Shown: positions 10,101 through 19,682, counted from the first letter of the stretch. The stretch: 49,773 nucleotides of DNA from an uncultured Syntrophomonadaceae bacterium (GCA_964592135.1 CAZQEV010000001.1:1-49773); one strand, 5' to 3'. Numbers and translations: made by a program. The notes: generated from the sequence alone by a model not told the origin.

Positions 10101-12085
10101 AACGGCAGCGCCCCGCCGGCGCCATGGCCGAGCAACTGCATGATCAAAGGAATCCCTGTCAGATAACGGACCGCTAATCCGGCGGCCCCTGAGAATAAAG
10201 CAGTGCAGATAAAAACCAGAAGAAGAAATTTGAACCCGTATTCACGGCCAAGCATCGCCACCTGGGCGACGCAGGGCAAAAAGAGAGTAAGCACAATGGC
10301 CGCTGTCAATACCTGGCCGCTGTCAAGTATGCCGGCACGGGTCAAATCGTAAAGCCCTGCGGCGCCGTAGTCGCGACGCAAAAAGCCGTAGACAAAGATC
10401 AGCGCTGTTTCCGGAGGCAGGCCCAGGAAAGCGAGCGGCCGTTGCAATGAGGTTATCATCGCCGCCAGCAAACCGCTGTAGCGAAGAACCCAGATCAGAA
10501 CGCTGATCCCGATAAAAAGGGGGAGCACTTCCCGAAGGTACCATCGCAGGCGCGCTGCCGTTTTGCTCAGAATGGCTCCGGGACGGGGCAGCCTCAGAGG
10601 TGGAATCTCAAGACAAAAAGGAGCTGTCTCCCGTCCAAAAAGGAGAGCACCTCCGGCAGCGGCGCCGCAGAAAGCCATGATTAGAAATAGCAACCAGAGC
10701 AGAAGAGAGGCGCCCTGCGGTAGGATAGCCAGGATCAGGCCGAGCTGTGCCGAACAGGGTACAGCCAGCGAAAGCAACAGCGCCGCTTGCATCCGTTCCC
10801 GCCGGCTGTCCAGAGTCCGGGTAACAAGGACTGCAAGTGTACCGCACCCTAGCCCGAGGACCAGGGGGATCACCGCTTTTCCATTCAGTCCGACTTTCTC
10901 CATCAGGCAATTGATCAGGTAAGCGGCACGGGGCAGATAACCGCTGTCTTCAATAAGGCTGAAAAACAGAAAAAAAGTGGCCATGATCGGTAAGATGATC
11001 GTGATCGTATAGCGCAAGCCGAGAGTGAGAATGCCGTAGTCAAGCACAAGCAGTTCGCGCAACCAGATCCAGGGAATATAGAGCTCTGCACAGCGGTTCA
11101 AAAAAGGGGCAACTATTCCTAAAAACAAACGTTCTTCCAGCAGTTCCACCAGAGTCCCCGCTCCGAAGCCACCCACAAAACGGTAAAAACCGAAGTAGAG
11201 AACTACCAGGAGAACAGCTCCTCCGCTCCAGGGATTTTGGAGAATAAAACTGAGTTTTTCCGCAACTGGGTACAGCCTGGCCGAGTGAGATGCAATCACT
11301 CCCCTTAAAAGAATCCGGACGAAGCGTCTTCGCGCCACTGCCAGCTGGAGCAGGGGATCGCTAAGGCCTGATGGCGGTTCGCATAAACAATGCAGCTGTT
11401 TCAGGGCGCCTTCCTGCGATTTAAGGACAGCTTCAAAAGCGGGATCACTGTGCAGCAAGGCTATGGCTACAGCGCGGCGGGATAACCCGTATTGCCCCCT
11501 GAGCACTGATTCTCCCATGGCAAACTGCCTTTCCAGCAAGGCCGGGTATCGCAGACCTGCAGGCGGCGCTCCTGTCCCTTTTTCACCCCGGAGTGCTGAA
11601 GCCGCCTCCCGGCAAAGCTGTTTGAACCCACGGCGATCTACCAGAGTGGCAGGAACTACACTTACGCCGAGGCGCCGGGAAAGCAGGCTGCTGTTGATTT
11701 TTAACCCCGCTGCTGCAGCCTCGTCCATCATATTCAGAACAATCAATAGGGGCAGCTTTGCCTCCAACAGCTCCATCGTTAAACTGAGCATACGGCCAAG
11801 GTTGCAGGCGTCAACAACCTGGATCACCAGGTCCGGCACCTGCTGCAGCAGGAGAAGCCGGGTAACCTGCTCTTCCGGAGAAAGAGCGATGAGGGAGTAA
11901 AGACCGGGTGAGTCGATGACCTCAACAGATCGGCCTTCAATTTTCCCTGCGCCGCGAGTGATCTCCACGGTAGTGCCCGGATAATTTGAAACGATGGCGC
12001 TGCTCCCTGTTAACAAGTTGAAAAGACGGCTTTTCCCCACATTGGGATGTCCAACCAGGACAATGAGCGGTATTTTTCTTTTCAC
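10097..12085 (-). CDS. feoB: ferrous iron transporter FeoB
   Basis: G-domain motifs LVGHPNVGKS and DSPG are present, followed by a polytopic membrane domain. I revised the start to GTG 12085 (MKRKIPLIVLVGHPNVGKS) with AAGGAGG 5 nt upstream. The yabR terminator (12151-12176) lies inside the longest ORF. Confidence 0.88.
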   Translation of the reverse strand: MKRKIPLIVLVGHPNVGKSRLFNLLTGSSAIVSNYPGTTVEITRGAGKIEGRSVEVIDSPGLYSLIALSPEEQVTRLLLLQQVPDLVIQVVDACNLGRMLSLTMELLEAKLPLLIVLNMMDEAAAAGLKINSSLLSRRLGVSVVPATLVDRRGFKQLCREAASALRGEKGTGAPPAGLRYPALLERQFAMGESVLRGQYGLSRRAVAIALLHSDPAFEAVLKSQEGALKQLHCLCEPPSGLSDPLLQLAVARRRFVRILLRGVIASHSARLYPVAEKLSFILQNPWSGGAVLLVVLYFGFYRFVGGFGAGTLVELLEERLFLGIVAPFLNRCAELYIPWIWLRELLVLDYGILTLGLRYTITIILPIMATFFLFFSLIEDSGYLPRAAYLINCLMEKVGLNGKAVIPLVLGLGCGTLAVLVTRTLDSRRERMQAALLLSLAVPCSAQLGLILAILPQGASLLLWLLFLIMAFCGAAAGGALLFGRETAPFCLEIPPLRLPRPGAILSKTAARLRWYLREVLPLFIGISVLIWVLRYSGLLAAMITSLQRPLAFLGLPPETALIFVYGFLRRDYGAAGLYDLTRAGILDSGQVLTAAIVLTLFLPCVAQVAMLGREYGFKFLLLVFICTALFSGAAGLAVRYLTGIPLIMQLLGHGAGGALPL

Positions 12086-12150
12086 CTCATCCTCCTTGCC
12101 GGTTCGCGGTTCCTCCATAGGATCATATGCCGGCAAGGGGTTAAATAGCA

Positions 12151-12176
12151 TAAAAAAACACCCCATCGGGTGTTTT
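12151..12176 (-). terminator. rho-independent terminator of the S1-domain gene (yabR)
   Basis: On the minus strand, aaaacaccc-gatg-gggtgtttt is followed by a T-run totalling 7 T. It lies about 75 nt past the yabR stop. Confidence 0.7.
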
Positions 12177-12250
12177 GAAAAAAATTGCGAGTGTAAAACC
12201 GGAACTGCTGCCGTCGCCGGCCTGGAACTCATTATGAAAAACCTTTGACG

Positions 12251-12640
12251 TTAATAAGCCTCCCGGTATGTCCCCCGGCCGCCTCTTTTTGATTCAGTAT
12301 TCCGTTTCAGATCCTGCAACCGTTCGTCGCTCTCTTTCATGAAGCGGGCCAGTTTGTCTTCAAAAGAGGCTCGATCTTCCCTGCGAGAACTGCGGGCTCT
12401 GTAATTGGCCAGAGCCTGCCGTATGGAAAGCCCAATTTTCCCGCTGCCGTCCACCGAAAGCACTTTAACTTTAACCGGATCAGACTTCTTAAGATGGTCA
12501 TGGATATCCTTGACATAGGAATTGGCCACTTCTGAAATATGCACCAACCCGGTTTCTCCGCCTGGTAAAGTGACAAATGCACCAAAATCAGTGATCCCGG
12601 TGACCACCCCTTCCACGATACTGCCTACCTCTACGGGCAT
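12251..12640 (-). CDS. yabR: S1 domain RNA-binding protein (YabR-like)
   Basis: N-terminal S1 fold signature GSIVEGVVTGITDFGAFVTLPGGETGLVHISEV is present. It sits in the conserved position after divIC. Confidence 0.85.
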   Translation of the reverse strand: MPVEVGSIVEGVVTGITDFGAFVTLPGGETGLVHISEVANSYVKDIHDHLKKSDPVKVKVLSVDGSGKIGLSIRQALANYRARSSRREDRASFEDKLARFMKESDERLQDLKRNTESKRGGRGTYREAY

Positions 12641-12710
12641 ACCGCTCGAAAATCCTCCTTGCTTATACTATCTTTAACCTAAGGCTATTATAACTTTTTC
12701 GAATCCTTTG

Positions 12711-13052
12711 TCAATCCTCAAGCTGAAAAACAATCTCGCCGGGGCGAACCAGCCCCAGCAGTTTGCGGGCCAGCACCTCGATATAACCGGGTTCATGCAG
12801 CCGGGCAATCTCTTCGGTAATCTTTTCATTACGTGATTCATATTCATCAAGATTTAACTCGGCGGATTCCAGTTCTTTAAGCAGCCGTTTATATTGATAA
12901 GCCTGGACAACGACGACCAGAAGAAAAAAGCTTAGCAAAATCGCTCCAGCTGCGGCGATCATTCTGGAAACCCCGTAGCTGCGCTGCTTGCGGCGGGGAA
13001 AAGGAGTCACTCTTCCTCCGGATCTTTTATCCCTTCTCCCTATCTGGATCAC
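12711..13052 (-). CDS. divIC: septum formation initiator (DivIC/FtsB family)
   Basis: Single TM segment followed by a coiled coil (QAYQYKRLLKELESAELNLDEYESRNEKITEEIARL) and a conserved ...YIE..AR..LG tail. The start codon is uncertain. Confidence 0.8.
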   Translation of the reverse strand: MIQIGRRDKRSGGRVTPFPRRKQRSYGVSRMIAAAGAILLSFFLLVVVVQAYQYKRLLKELESAELNLDEYESRNEKITEEIARLHEPGYIEVLARKLLGLVRPGEIVFQLED

Positions 13053-13092
13053 GCCCCCATTGAATCAAAAACAATTGATCATCCCTTTATTT

Positions 13093-13539
13093 TTAATTTC
13101 GCCGGAAGGGATGAAAGATCCTGCATTTCCGTTTAAATCGCCTCCCCTTTATCCCCGTTAGCTCGCCGGAACCTCCTGAAATTCCGGCGCGGGATTGTAA
13201 GGGCCGGAAAAGAGCACCAAAGGCTCTTCGCCATAAAGGATATAAAATTTCACTGAAACAATAAAAATAGATCACGAATCCGCCGGCTATCCCCCCATAA
13301 GTATAAGCGTAAATCTCGCCCCAGCGCCGGTAGAACAGAAATACAACTGTGGCCACAGCGGCAGCGATCCAGAAACAGCAATCAGCGATAAAGGAGGGTG
13401 CAAAGGGCAGCCGTCTGAACTGTGCCCGTATCGAACGGTAAAGATCGTATGCTGCGGCATAGAGCATACCCAGGACAAGCGCTTCCAAAAAAGCAATGAT
13501 CTGCTGGACTGCCGTAGAGGAGGCGGAAAGGGGCGGCAT
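13093..13539 (-). CDS. yabQ: spore cortex biosynthesis protein YabQ
   Basis: Small polytopic membrane protein with the WGEIYAY motif. It lies directly downstream of yabP with a 1-nt overlap. Confidence 0.65.
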   Translation of the reverse strand: MPPLSASSTAVQQIIAFLEALVLGMLYAAAYDLYRSIRAQFRRLPFAPSFIADCCFWIAAAVATVVFLFYRRWGEIYAYTYGGIAGGFVIYFYCFSEILYPLWRRAFGALFRPLQSRAGISGGSGELTGIKGRRFKRKCRIFHPFRRN

Positions 13540-13829
13540 TACCGGAAGAGCCTCTCCAACAGGTTTTTCCCGCGGGCGCGAGCCCTTTTCTCTTCTGCAT
13601 AAGCTGTTTCCAGAACATAACCTTCAATGGAGACTTCACCCTGATCCAGATTCAGATGCTTGATGTGCAGATTTTCACCGCGTACCGCCAGCAGGCCCAG
13701 CTCTGTTTCCATGATCACCTCTTCATCATCAAAGCTGTCCACATGAACAACACCGGTGACCTCGGTATGTTCTCTGTTATCAATAACCAGGCGGTGCTGA
13801 CCGCTTCGAAAACTGAATTTTTCTTCCAA
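13539..13829 (-). CDS. yabP: sporulation protein YabP
   Basis: The pattern HRLVIDNREHTEVTGVVHVDSFDDEEVIMETELGLLAVRGENLHIKHLNLDQGEVSIEG matches the YabP/YqfC family. It uses a TTG start with an upstream GGGAGGAG. Confidence 0.85.
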   Translation of the reverse strand: MEEKFSFRSGQHRLVIDNREHTEVTGVVHVDSFDDEEVIMETELGLLAVRGENLHIKHLNLDQGEVSIEGYVLETAYAEEKRARARGKNLLERLFR

Positions 13830-14020
13830 CTGCTCTCTCCTCCCTGATAAAGCTCTATTTCGTCACTTTATTATATGAGTTTGGACCAGCTTTATGTCTT
13901 AAACGCCCTAAAGAGGCAACCGCTTTGTTTACAACATGCAAAAAAGGGCAAACTGCCGGCAGGATTAGCCGGCCCGGTAGCGAAAAATGTTTACCGGATG
14001 GGGAAAGGAAGGTGTGCCGG

Positions 14021-14692
14021 GTGGAATTGCTTTTTCGCGGAAAAACAAAAGATGTCTATCGATATTCGGAAGAACAGCTCCTGCTTTATTTCAAAGATAG
14101 CGTTACCGGAATAGAAGGACGCCTTGATCCCGGAGGCAATGAAGTGGTCGGCAAACTCACGGGCAAGGGCGGCGCCTCGCTGCGCCTTTCAATCCACTTC
14201 TTTGAACTGCTTGAGCAGGCCGGCATTGCCACACATTACCTCGGTCCAGGACCGGAGGAGAACTGCCTGCTGGTGAAAAAAGCCCGATCTTTTGGTCTGG
14301 AGGTGATCTGCCGGGAAAAAGCCTGGGGGAGCTTCCTACGCCGTTACGGCAAATACACGGTAAGGGGGCAACTTTTGTCCTCTCTGGTGGAGTTTACTTT
14401 GAAGGACGACGAACGCGGCGATCCGCCTGTTACCCCGGAGATCATGGCAGCACTGGAGATTGCCTCTCCGGCGGAAGCGAACTATATGGAAGTAACCGCC
14501 CGCAAGGCTACCGCCCTGATCAAAAAAGAGCTCGCCGTACAGGGATTGGAGCTTATTGACATCAAGTATGAATTCGGAGAGGCCGCCGGCCGGATCCTGC
14601 TCATTGATGAGATCTCCGGCGACAGCATGCGGGTTCTGCAGGGGGACCGGGTCCTCTCACCGGAAGAGCCGGCAACAGTTTTTTGGGGATAA
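14021..14692 (+). CDS. purC: phosphoribosylaminoimidazole-succinocarboxamide (SAICAR) synthase
   Basis: Motifs GKTKDVY, EVICREKAWGS, KDDERGDP, IDIKYEFG and LIDEISGDSMR are present. I place the start at GTG 14021, with GGAAAGGAAGG 8 nt upstream. The longer ATG ORF has no SD. Confidence 0.8.
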   Translation: MELLFRGKTKDVYRYSEEQLLLYFKDSVTGIEGRLDPGGNEVVGKLTGKGGASLRLSIHFFELLEQAGIATHYLGPGPEENCLLVKKARSFGLEVICREKAWGSFLRRYGKYTVRGQLLSSLVEFTLKDDERGDPPVTPEIMAALEIASPAEANYMEVTARKATALIKKELAVQGLELIDIKYEFGEAAGRILLIDEISGDSMRVLQGDRVLSPEEPATVFWG

Positions 14693-14710
14693 GGGACCAA
14701 ATTTGTCGTC

Positions 14711-15667
14711 CTACCATGCTTGTGACAGAGTGATATCGCGGTAGAAATAGTTGACGATTTCTTCGGGGGTGCGTCCCTCCTGGGCCAGGGCCCGCGCGCC
14801 CCACTGGCACATACCGACGCCGTGTCCGTAACCGGTGCCCGCCATGTAGAGCCCTCCCTCACCCACATTCATATCGTCGATGAAGGTGGAACGCATTTCA
14901 GTACTTCCCAGGGCCAGCCTCAACGCGGGAGCCGGAACCTCGATGTCGTTGATTTTTATTATTGTGGCTCTTCCCGAAGGTCCTTTGGCGCTGATCAACG
15001 CACTCTCAATGAAGCCGGGATCAGCACCGCCGGCTTCCTGCACCGCCGCCCGGACCTGAGCCAGGGGGAAAGAGGCGCTCCAGTCTTTCTCTTCGCGGGG
15101 AATGATCTCCCCTGCCGGGCTGTCTACAATCTGGATGTACGGTGGATTACCACCCCTATACTCCAGCCCTTCATCAGCCAGTGCCGTCCGGGGACCGGCA
15201 TAGGCGTGAAACCAGGCTCTGATATAATCTCCATTGTAAAGGACAACCTTGCCCCGGGTGTCTTCAACGGCTTTCCTGACACGATCATTGATCCTTTCGG
15301 CGCTGTATGCCTGAAATTCACTAAAGTCAGTTGAGGCATGAGCATTGCGTTCCGGGAGTCCGCCGTCTTCTTTAATTTTTTGCAGGGTAAAGCTGCGGGC
15401 AATGATGGCCTGGGCCCCCAGGGCCTCCTCCGGCCATTCCGGATCCATCTCTGCAGCCACCACTCCGGCGATATAATCTTCAAAATCCATCTCGGCAACT
15501 TCACCGGTTTCGTGTTGATACACTTTCAACCGCGGTTCCCGGCCCCGGTACTCTTCAAGGGGCCCGGGGAGCGCCGGTGGCGTCGCTTCTTGCTTTCGCC
15601 GGCAGCCGGTGCAAAAGAGGAATCCAAAACAAAACAGCAGCATGGCAACTTGCAGAGCACGGGACAT
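14711..15667 (-). CDS. spoIID: SpoIID/LytB-domain lytic transglycosylase (stage II sporulation protein D-like)
   Basis: A lipoprotein-type signal (LLFCFGFLFCTGC) is present, with SpoIID-domain motifs AQAIIARSF and GYGHGVGMCQWGA. Confidence 0.85.
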   Translation of the reverse strand: MSRALQVAMLLFCFGFLFCTGCRRKQEATPPALPGPLEEYRGREPRLKVYQHETGEVAEMDFEDYIAGVVAAEMDPEWPEEALGAQAIIARSFTLQKIKEDGGLPERNAHASTDFSEFQAYSAERINDRVRKAVEDTRGKVVLYNGDYIRAWFHAYAGPRTALADEGLEYRGGNPPYIQIVDSPAGEIIPREEKDWSASFPLAQVRAAVQEAGGADPGFIESALISAKGPSGRATIIKINDIEVPAPALRLALGSTEMRSTFIDDMNVGEGGLYMAGTGYGHGVGMCQWGARALAQEGRTPEEIVNYFYRDITLSQAW

Positions 15668-15807
15668 GTGAGCTCACCATCTTTTTAAAATGTTTCTTCC
15701 CCCTGTATTTTCCCCGGCTTAAATAAATTTACTCCTAACCCTGACAGGAAGGCCGCCCCACATGGAGACGGCCTTCTAAAAAAATATCTCTTTGCAGGCG
15801 GCGCCGG

Positions 15808-16080
15808 TTATTTAACCCTGTCCTTAAAAGCTTTACCTGCCTTGAAAACAGGCACATTTAGCGCCGGGATGGTGATCTCTTCATTCGTGGCCGGGTTCCT
15901 GCCCTGGCGCTCGGCCCGGTACCTTCTCTCAAATGTCCCGAAGCCTACCAGCTGCACTTTCTCATCACTTTTCACGGTTTCAATAATGCTCTCAATAACT
16001 GCATTGACTATTTTTTCAACATCTTTCTTCGGCATTTCGGTCTTTTCTGAGACCGCAACAATCAGATCGGATTTATTCAT
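15808..16080 (-). CDS. hup: HU family DNA-binding protein
   Basis: 90-aa protein: MNKSDLI...GFGTFERRYRAERQGRNPATNEEITIPALNVPVFKAGKAFKD. Confidence 0.93.
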   Translation of the reverse strand: MNKSDLIVAVSEKTEMPKKDVEKIVNAVIESIIETVKSDEKVQLVGFGTFERRYRAERQGRNPATNEEITIPALNVPVFKAGKAFKDRVK

Positions 16081-16160
16081 CGCATTCCCTCCTAAAAGTA
16101 ATTAAAATCATCTATGCCTTGATATTGCTAATTCGCTATTGCAATGATGATTCCTGCTTT

Positions 16161-17297
16161 TTAACTGTTATTTCCTTGATTCTTCGCCTCTTCCCACCAC
16201 CTGTCCAGCTGATCCAGTGAAAAACTGCTTATGGGCCGGTTTCTTATAGCAGCTTGAGTGGAAATGTAGGAAAACCGGACAATAAATTTCTGTATCGCTT
16301 TCCCCAAAGCCATTTCGGGACTAATCTTTAAAAAGCGAGCCACATTGACTGCGGCGAAGAGAAAATCACCATATTCTTCTTCTATTTTGTCCGGAACCCC
16401 CAGCCGGTATGCATCTTCCAGCTCCGCCGCCTCTTCTTTCAGCTTTTCTACCGCTCCTTTCAGCGAGGGCCAATCAAAACCGAAGACCGCCGCCCGCTCC
16501 TGGACTTTGGATGAACGGAGCAGTGCCGGCAGGGCGGGGTCGACCTGAATGGGTTGCGCCGCGCCTGTCCCCCTTTCCAGATCCTTGACCTCTTCCCAAC
16601 GCGCAACCGCCCCGGCGGAGGTTTTTTCCCCTCCTGCTCCAAAAACATGGGGATGGCGTCGGATCAGCTTGTCCACAAGGCCTTTGATCACAGCGTCCAG
16701 ATCGAAGAGCCCCTCCTCGCGGGCGATTTCGCTGTGAAAGAGGACCTGCAGCAGAAGATCCCCCAGTTCCTCCTCCAGAGCGGCATCATCACCCCGCTCT
16801 ATGGCGGCAACTACTTCATAAGCCTCCTCGATGAGACAACCGCGCAGACTATAGTGGGTCTGGCGGCGATCCCAGGGGCAGCCCCCGGGGGATCGCAGCA
16901 GAGCTATAATTTTTTCAAGACGCTGCAGGGATGCGTTCCTTTTCGGCGCGGCGCAGCGGACTCCGGGGATAATCCTGACCCGGTGTCCGCAAGCCTGGGC
17001 CCGGAGCAACAGATACTTTACCGCAAAATTATTGTCCAGAGGGCTTCCGGGAACGGCGTAGCCGATCCTGCGATGCCGCGCGACAGCAGATAGAAGAATC
17101 GAGACAGCAATTCGCGGCGACCCGGCAAAACGGCCGAGGTTGTAATAGCGCAATCTCTGCTCGGCGCAGTAGCGGGCAACGGGATGCTCCCCATTCTGGA
17201 AATAAAGCGGTTTGCTGCGGCGCAGCGCCCGCTTTGCCAACACTGTCAGGTGATGGGGGCTGCCAGGCCCCAGGCCGATGATCACAATTGTGCCCAT
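16161..17297 (-). CDS. mazG: YabN-like protein: short tetrapyrrole-methylase-like N-domain fused to tandem MazG NTP pyrophosphohydrolase domains
   Basis: The N-terminus reads IVIIGLGPG...YAVPGSPL, followed by GCPWDRRQTH, EEAYEV and EELGDLLLQV, and a second MazG repeat EELEDAY...EEYGDFLFA. I place the start at ATG 17297 with GAGGTGG 5 nt upstream. Confidence 0.85.
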   Translation of the reverse strand: MGTIVIIGLGPGSPHHLTVLAKRALRRSKPLYFQNGEHPVARYCAEQRLRYYNLGRFAGSPRIAVSILLSAVARHRRIGYAVPGSPLDNNFAVKYLLLRAQACGHRVRIIPGVRCAAPKRNASLQRLEKIIALLRSPGGCPWDRRQTHYSLRGCLIEEAYEVVAAIERGDDAALEEELGDLLLQVLFHSEIAREEGLFDLDAVIKGLVDKLIRRHPHVFGAGGEKTSAGAVARWEEVKDLERGTGAAQPIQVDPALPALLRSSKVQERAAVFGFDWPSLKGAVEKLKEEAAELEDAYRLGVPDKIEEEYGDFLFAAVNVARFLKISPEMALGKAIQKFIVRFSYISTQAAIRNRPISSFSLDQLDRWWEEAKNQGNNS

Positions 17298-17310
17298 TGA
17301 ATCCACCTCG

Positions 17311-18939
17311 TTATTTTAGAAACCTCCACCGCCCTGCAAAAGCCGCCAGCCGCGGACCGATGCGGGGAATCAGCTCCAGCTCATCCCGCGTCAGGCTGCC
17401 GGTGAGCAGCAAAGCGGCACTGTAAACAGCAACCCCGATAGTAATCGCCACAAAGACAGCAACGCTGCAGGCCATCCTGGCAGAAACAAGAGGCTCGATC
17501 AGGGGAAAGAAAAGACGATAGCTCAACTTGACTGCCGCCGCCATCACGGCCACACAAAACCCGGGCAGCAAAACCAGTTCCCCTATCCGGAAACGCCATC
17601 CGGTATGCCGGGCAACGGCGTACAGGTTGAGCACTGCAGCTACTCCAGTGCCTATCACCGAGGCCAGCGCTGCGCCGCCCACATGCAGTGAGGGAACTGC
17701 TGTCAGATACCAGGCCAGGATTGATTTCACCGCCCCGCCAAGAGCCATATTCACCACCGGAGTCACCGTCCTCCCCAATCCCTGCAGGATCCCTGTAGTG
17801 GAGACATACAACCCCAAAGGGATCACCGACCAGGACATGTAAGCCAGGGAATAACCGGCTGCGGCATTTTCAGGGCCGAACAGAACCACGATCACCGGGC
17901 CGGCCAGCAGATAGAGACCGATCGCAGCCGGCACCGAAAATAGGGCGGTTAATTTGATCGAAACAGAAGAACGGCTTCTGATCAGCTCTTTGTTTCGCAA
18001 CACCAGCGCTTCGGATATTGCCGGCACCAGGCTCATACTCAGGGCGAGCGTAACTACATTGGGGAAATAGACCACCGAACCGGCCAAGCCTGTGAGCTGG
18101 CCGAAGAGGGCGGTGGCCTGCTCCTTCATGAATCCGATAGCCCTGAGACGGCCGGGGACTATAGCCAGGTCGATCAGGCTTAGAAGCGGCATGATCAGAG
18201 AACCAAAAGTGATCGGAATAGCCAGGGCAAAGATATGCCGGATGATCCGACCGGCAGCCTGGGTATCGCCTTTTCTCTGGGCCCGGACCCGCTTCATGAA
18301 CGCCGGACGGCGCAAGTAATAAACCGGTATGAGCAGAAGCAGGCCCAAAACACCTCCGGCAGCTGTGCCGAAAGCTGCTCCCGCAGCAGCATATTCCAGC
18401 CCCCGCGGGAGCAGCGCAACTGCCAGCGCCAGGGAAACGACAAGGCGTCCGGTCTGTTCAGCCACCTGGGATGCTGCAGTGGGGAGCATATACTGCTGCC
18501 CCTGGAAAAAGCCTCGCAGCGCCGACATCATCGTCACAAAGAAAATTGCCGGGGCAATAGCCATGATGGCTAGAATTGCCCGGGGATCGCTGTCCAGAAT
18601 CCGGACAATCGCTTCAGCCGAGAAAAAGAGGATCAGGGCAACAGCCAGCCCCGTCAGGGTCAGGATCAGGAGAGCGATGCGGAAAACCCGCATCGCCCCG
18701 CGGTAATCATTTACCGTAACATTTTCAGCAACCAGTTTGGATACGGCAACAGGGATCCCCGCTGTAGAAATGGCCAACAGGGTGGAATAGATGGGATAAG
18801 ACATCTGGTAGAGGCCGATCCCTTCATCCCCGATGATTCCTACAAGCAATATTTTCATCACTGCGCCGATAAAGCGGACGCCTACTCCGGCCACAGCCAG
18901 AATGGCCGCACCCCTGATAAACTTGCCGTGGCTGGACAA
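17311..18939 (-). CDS. MOP-superfamily flippase, SpoVB/YabM-like (stage V sporulation protein B family)
   Basis: 542-aa protein with about 14 TM segments and N-terminus FIRGAAILAVAGVGVRFIGAVMKI typical of the family. It uses a TTG start with a purine-rich SD. The position between spoVT and mazG is conserved. Confidence 0.8.
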   Translation of the reverse strand: MSSHGKFIRGAAILAVAGVGVRFIGAVMKILLVGIIGDEGIGLYQMSYPIYSTLLAISTAGIPVAVSKLVAENVTVNDYRGAMRVFRIALLILTLTGLAVALILFFSAEAIVRILDSDPRAILAIMAIAPAIFFVTMMSALRGFFQGQQYMLPTAASQVAEQTGRLVVSLALAVALLPRGLEYAAAGAAFGTAAGGVLGLLLLIPVYYLRRPAFMKRVRAQRKGDTQAAGRIIRHIFALAIPITFGSLIMPLLSLIDLAIVPGRLRAIGFMKEQATALFGQLTGLAGSVVYFPNVVTLALSMSLVPAISEALVLRNKELIRSRSSVSIKLTALFSVPAAIGLYLLAGPVIVVLFGPENAAAGYSLAYMSWSVIPLGLYVSTTGILQGLGRTVTPVVNMALGGAVKSILAWYLTAVPSLHVGGAALASVIGTGVAAVLNLYAVARHTGWRFRIGELVLLPGFCVAVMAAAVKLSYRLFFPLIEPLVSARMACSVAVFVAITIGVAVYSAALLLTGSLTRDELELIPRIGPRLAAFAGRWRFLK

Positions 18940-19036
18940 AACTCTTCCTTCCTTCCTCTTCCGTCTCTCTAATATATAATATCTGTATTATACCAGCATC
19001 TTCTATGCCGTTCCATGTCTTTGACTTCCGGACCTG

Positions 19037-19591
19037 CTACTGCTCCATCTGTTTGGCCAGAAAAGAGGCTGCTGTTTCCACCAGCTTCAGTTCCAGATCG
19101 CTCATTTTGACCGAGGGATCCCGGCTGCCCATAACCACCGCGCCTATGGGGTCCCCTTCCGAGATTATCGGCGCAATCACTTCATTGGCGAAACGGGGGC
19201 CGATCATCTCATCCGCTTCCTCGTAATATTGATGATCAGCAGTATTGTTGATCATCACGCTCTTCCGGTTTTCCATGACCCGTTCAACAGCGCTGCTCAA
19301 AGGGCGGTTTACGAATTCCTTCTTGGGTGCGCCGGACACCGCAATAATTGTATCCCTGTCCGCAATACATGACGTATGACCCATTGCTTCATAGAGAGAG
19401 TCGGCATATTCCTGGGCAAAATCACCCAGCTCGCCGATGGGAGAGTACTTTTTCAAAATAACCTCTCCGCCCCTGTCCACGTAAATTTCCAGAGGGTCAC
19501 CTTCCCTGATCTTCAATGTGCGTCGAATTTCCTTGGGAATCACAACCCGGCCGAGATCATCGATGCGCCTGACAATACCGGTTGCTTTCAA
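19037..19591 (-). CDS. spoVT: stage V sporulation protein T (AbrB-family regulator with GAF-like domain)
   Basis: MKATGIVRRIDDLGRVVIPKEIRRTLKIREGDPLEIYVDRGGEVILKKYSPIGELGDFAQEYAD is near-identical in pattern to B. subtilis SpoVT. The start is either TTG 19591 or GTG 19594, both served by an upstream AAGGAGG. Confidence 0.93.
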   Translation of the reverse strand: MKATGIVRRIDDLGRVVIPKEIRRTLKIREGDPLEIYVDRGGEVILKKYSPIGELGDFAQEYADSLYEAMGHTSCIADRDTIIAVSGAPKKEFVNRPLSSAVERVMENRKSVMINNTADHQYYEEADEMIGPRFANEVIAPIISEGDPIGAVVMGSRDPSVKMSDLELKLVETAASFLAKQMEQ

Positions 19592-19682
19592 CACTGTTTC
19601 CTCCTTTGTGAAGTTCCAGGCAATAACTCTCTGTTCTGAAATTAGTATTTAACCCCGGCCAGGGTTTTATGCATTCCCCAAG

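Noticed and set aside
12694-12702. The string ttcgaatcc resembles a tRNA T-loop/T-arm.
   Set aside because: It has no preceding GG, no acceptor stem, and no D or anticodon arms in either orientation. It lies in the yabR leader, and I judge it a chance match.
15748-15776. An 8-bp hairpin gaaggccg-N13-cggccttc lies downstream of hup.
   Set aside because: On the minus (hup) strand the T-run precedes the stem rather than following it. On the plus strand the stem is followed by A's. It does not meet intrinsic-terminator architecture, so I do not call it.
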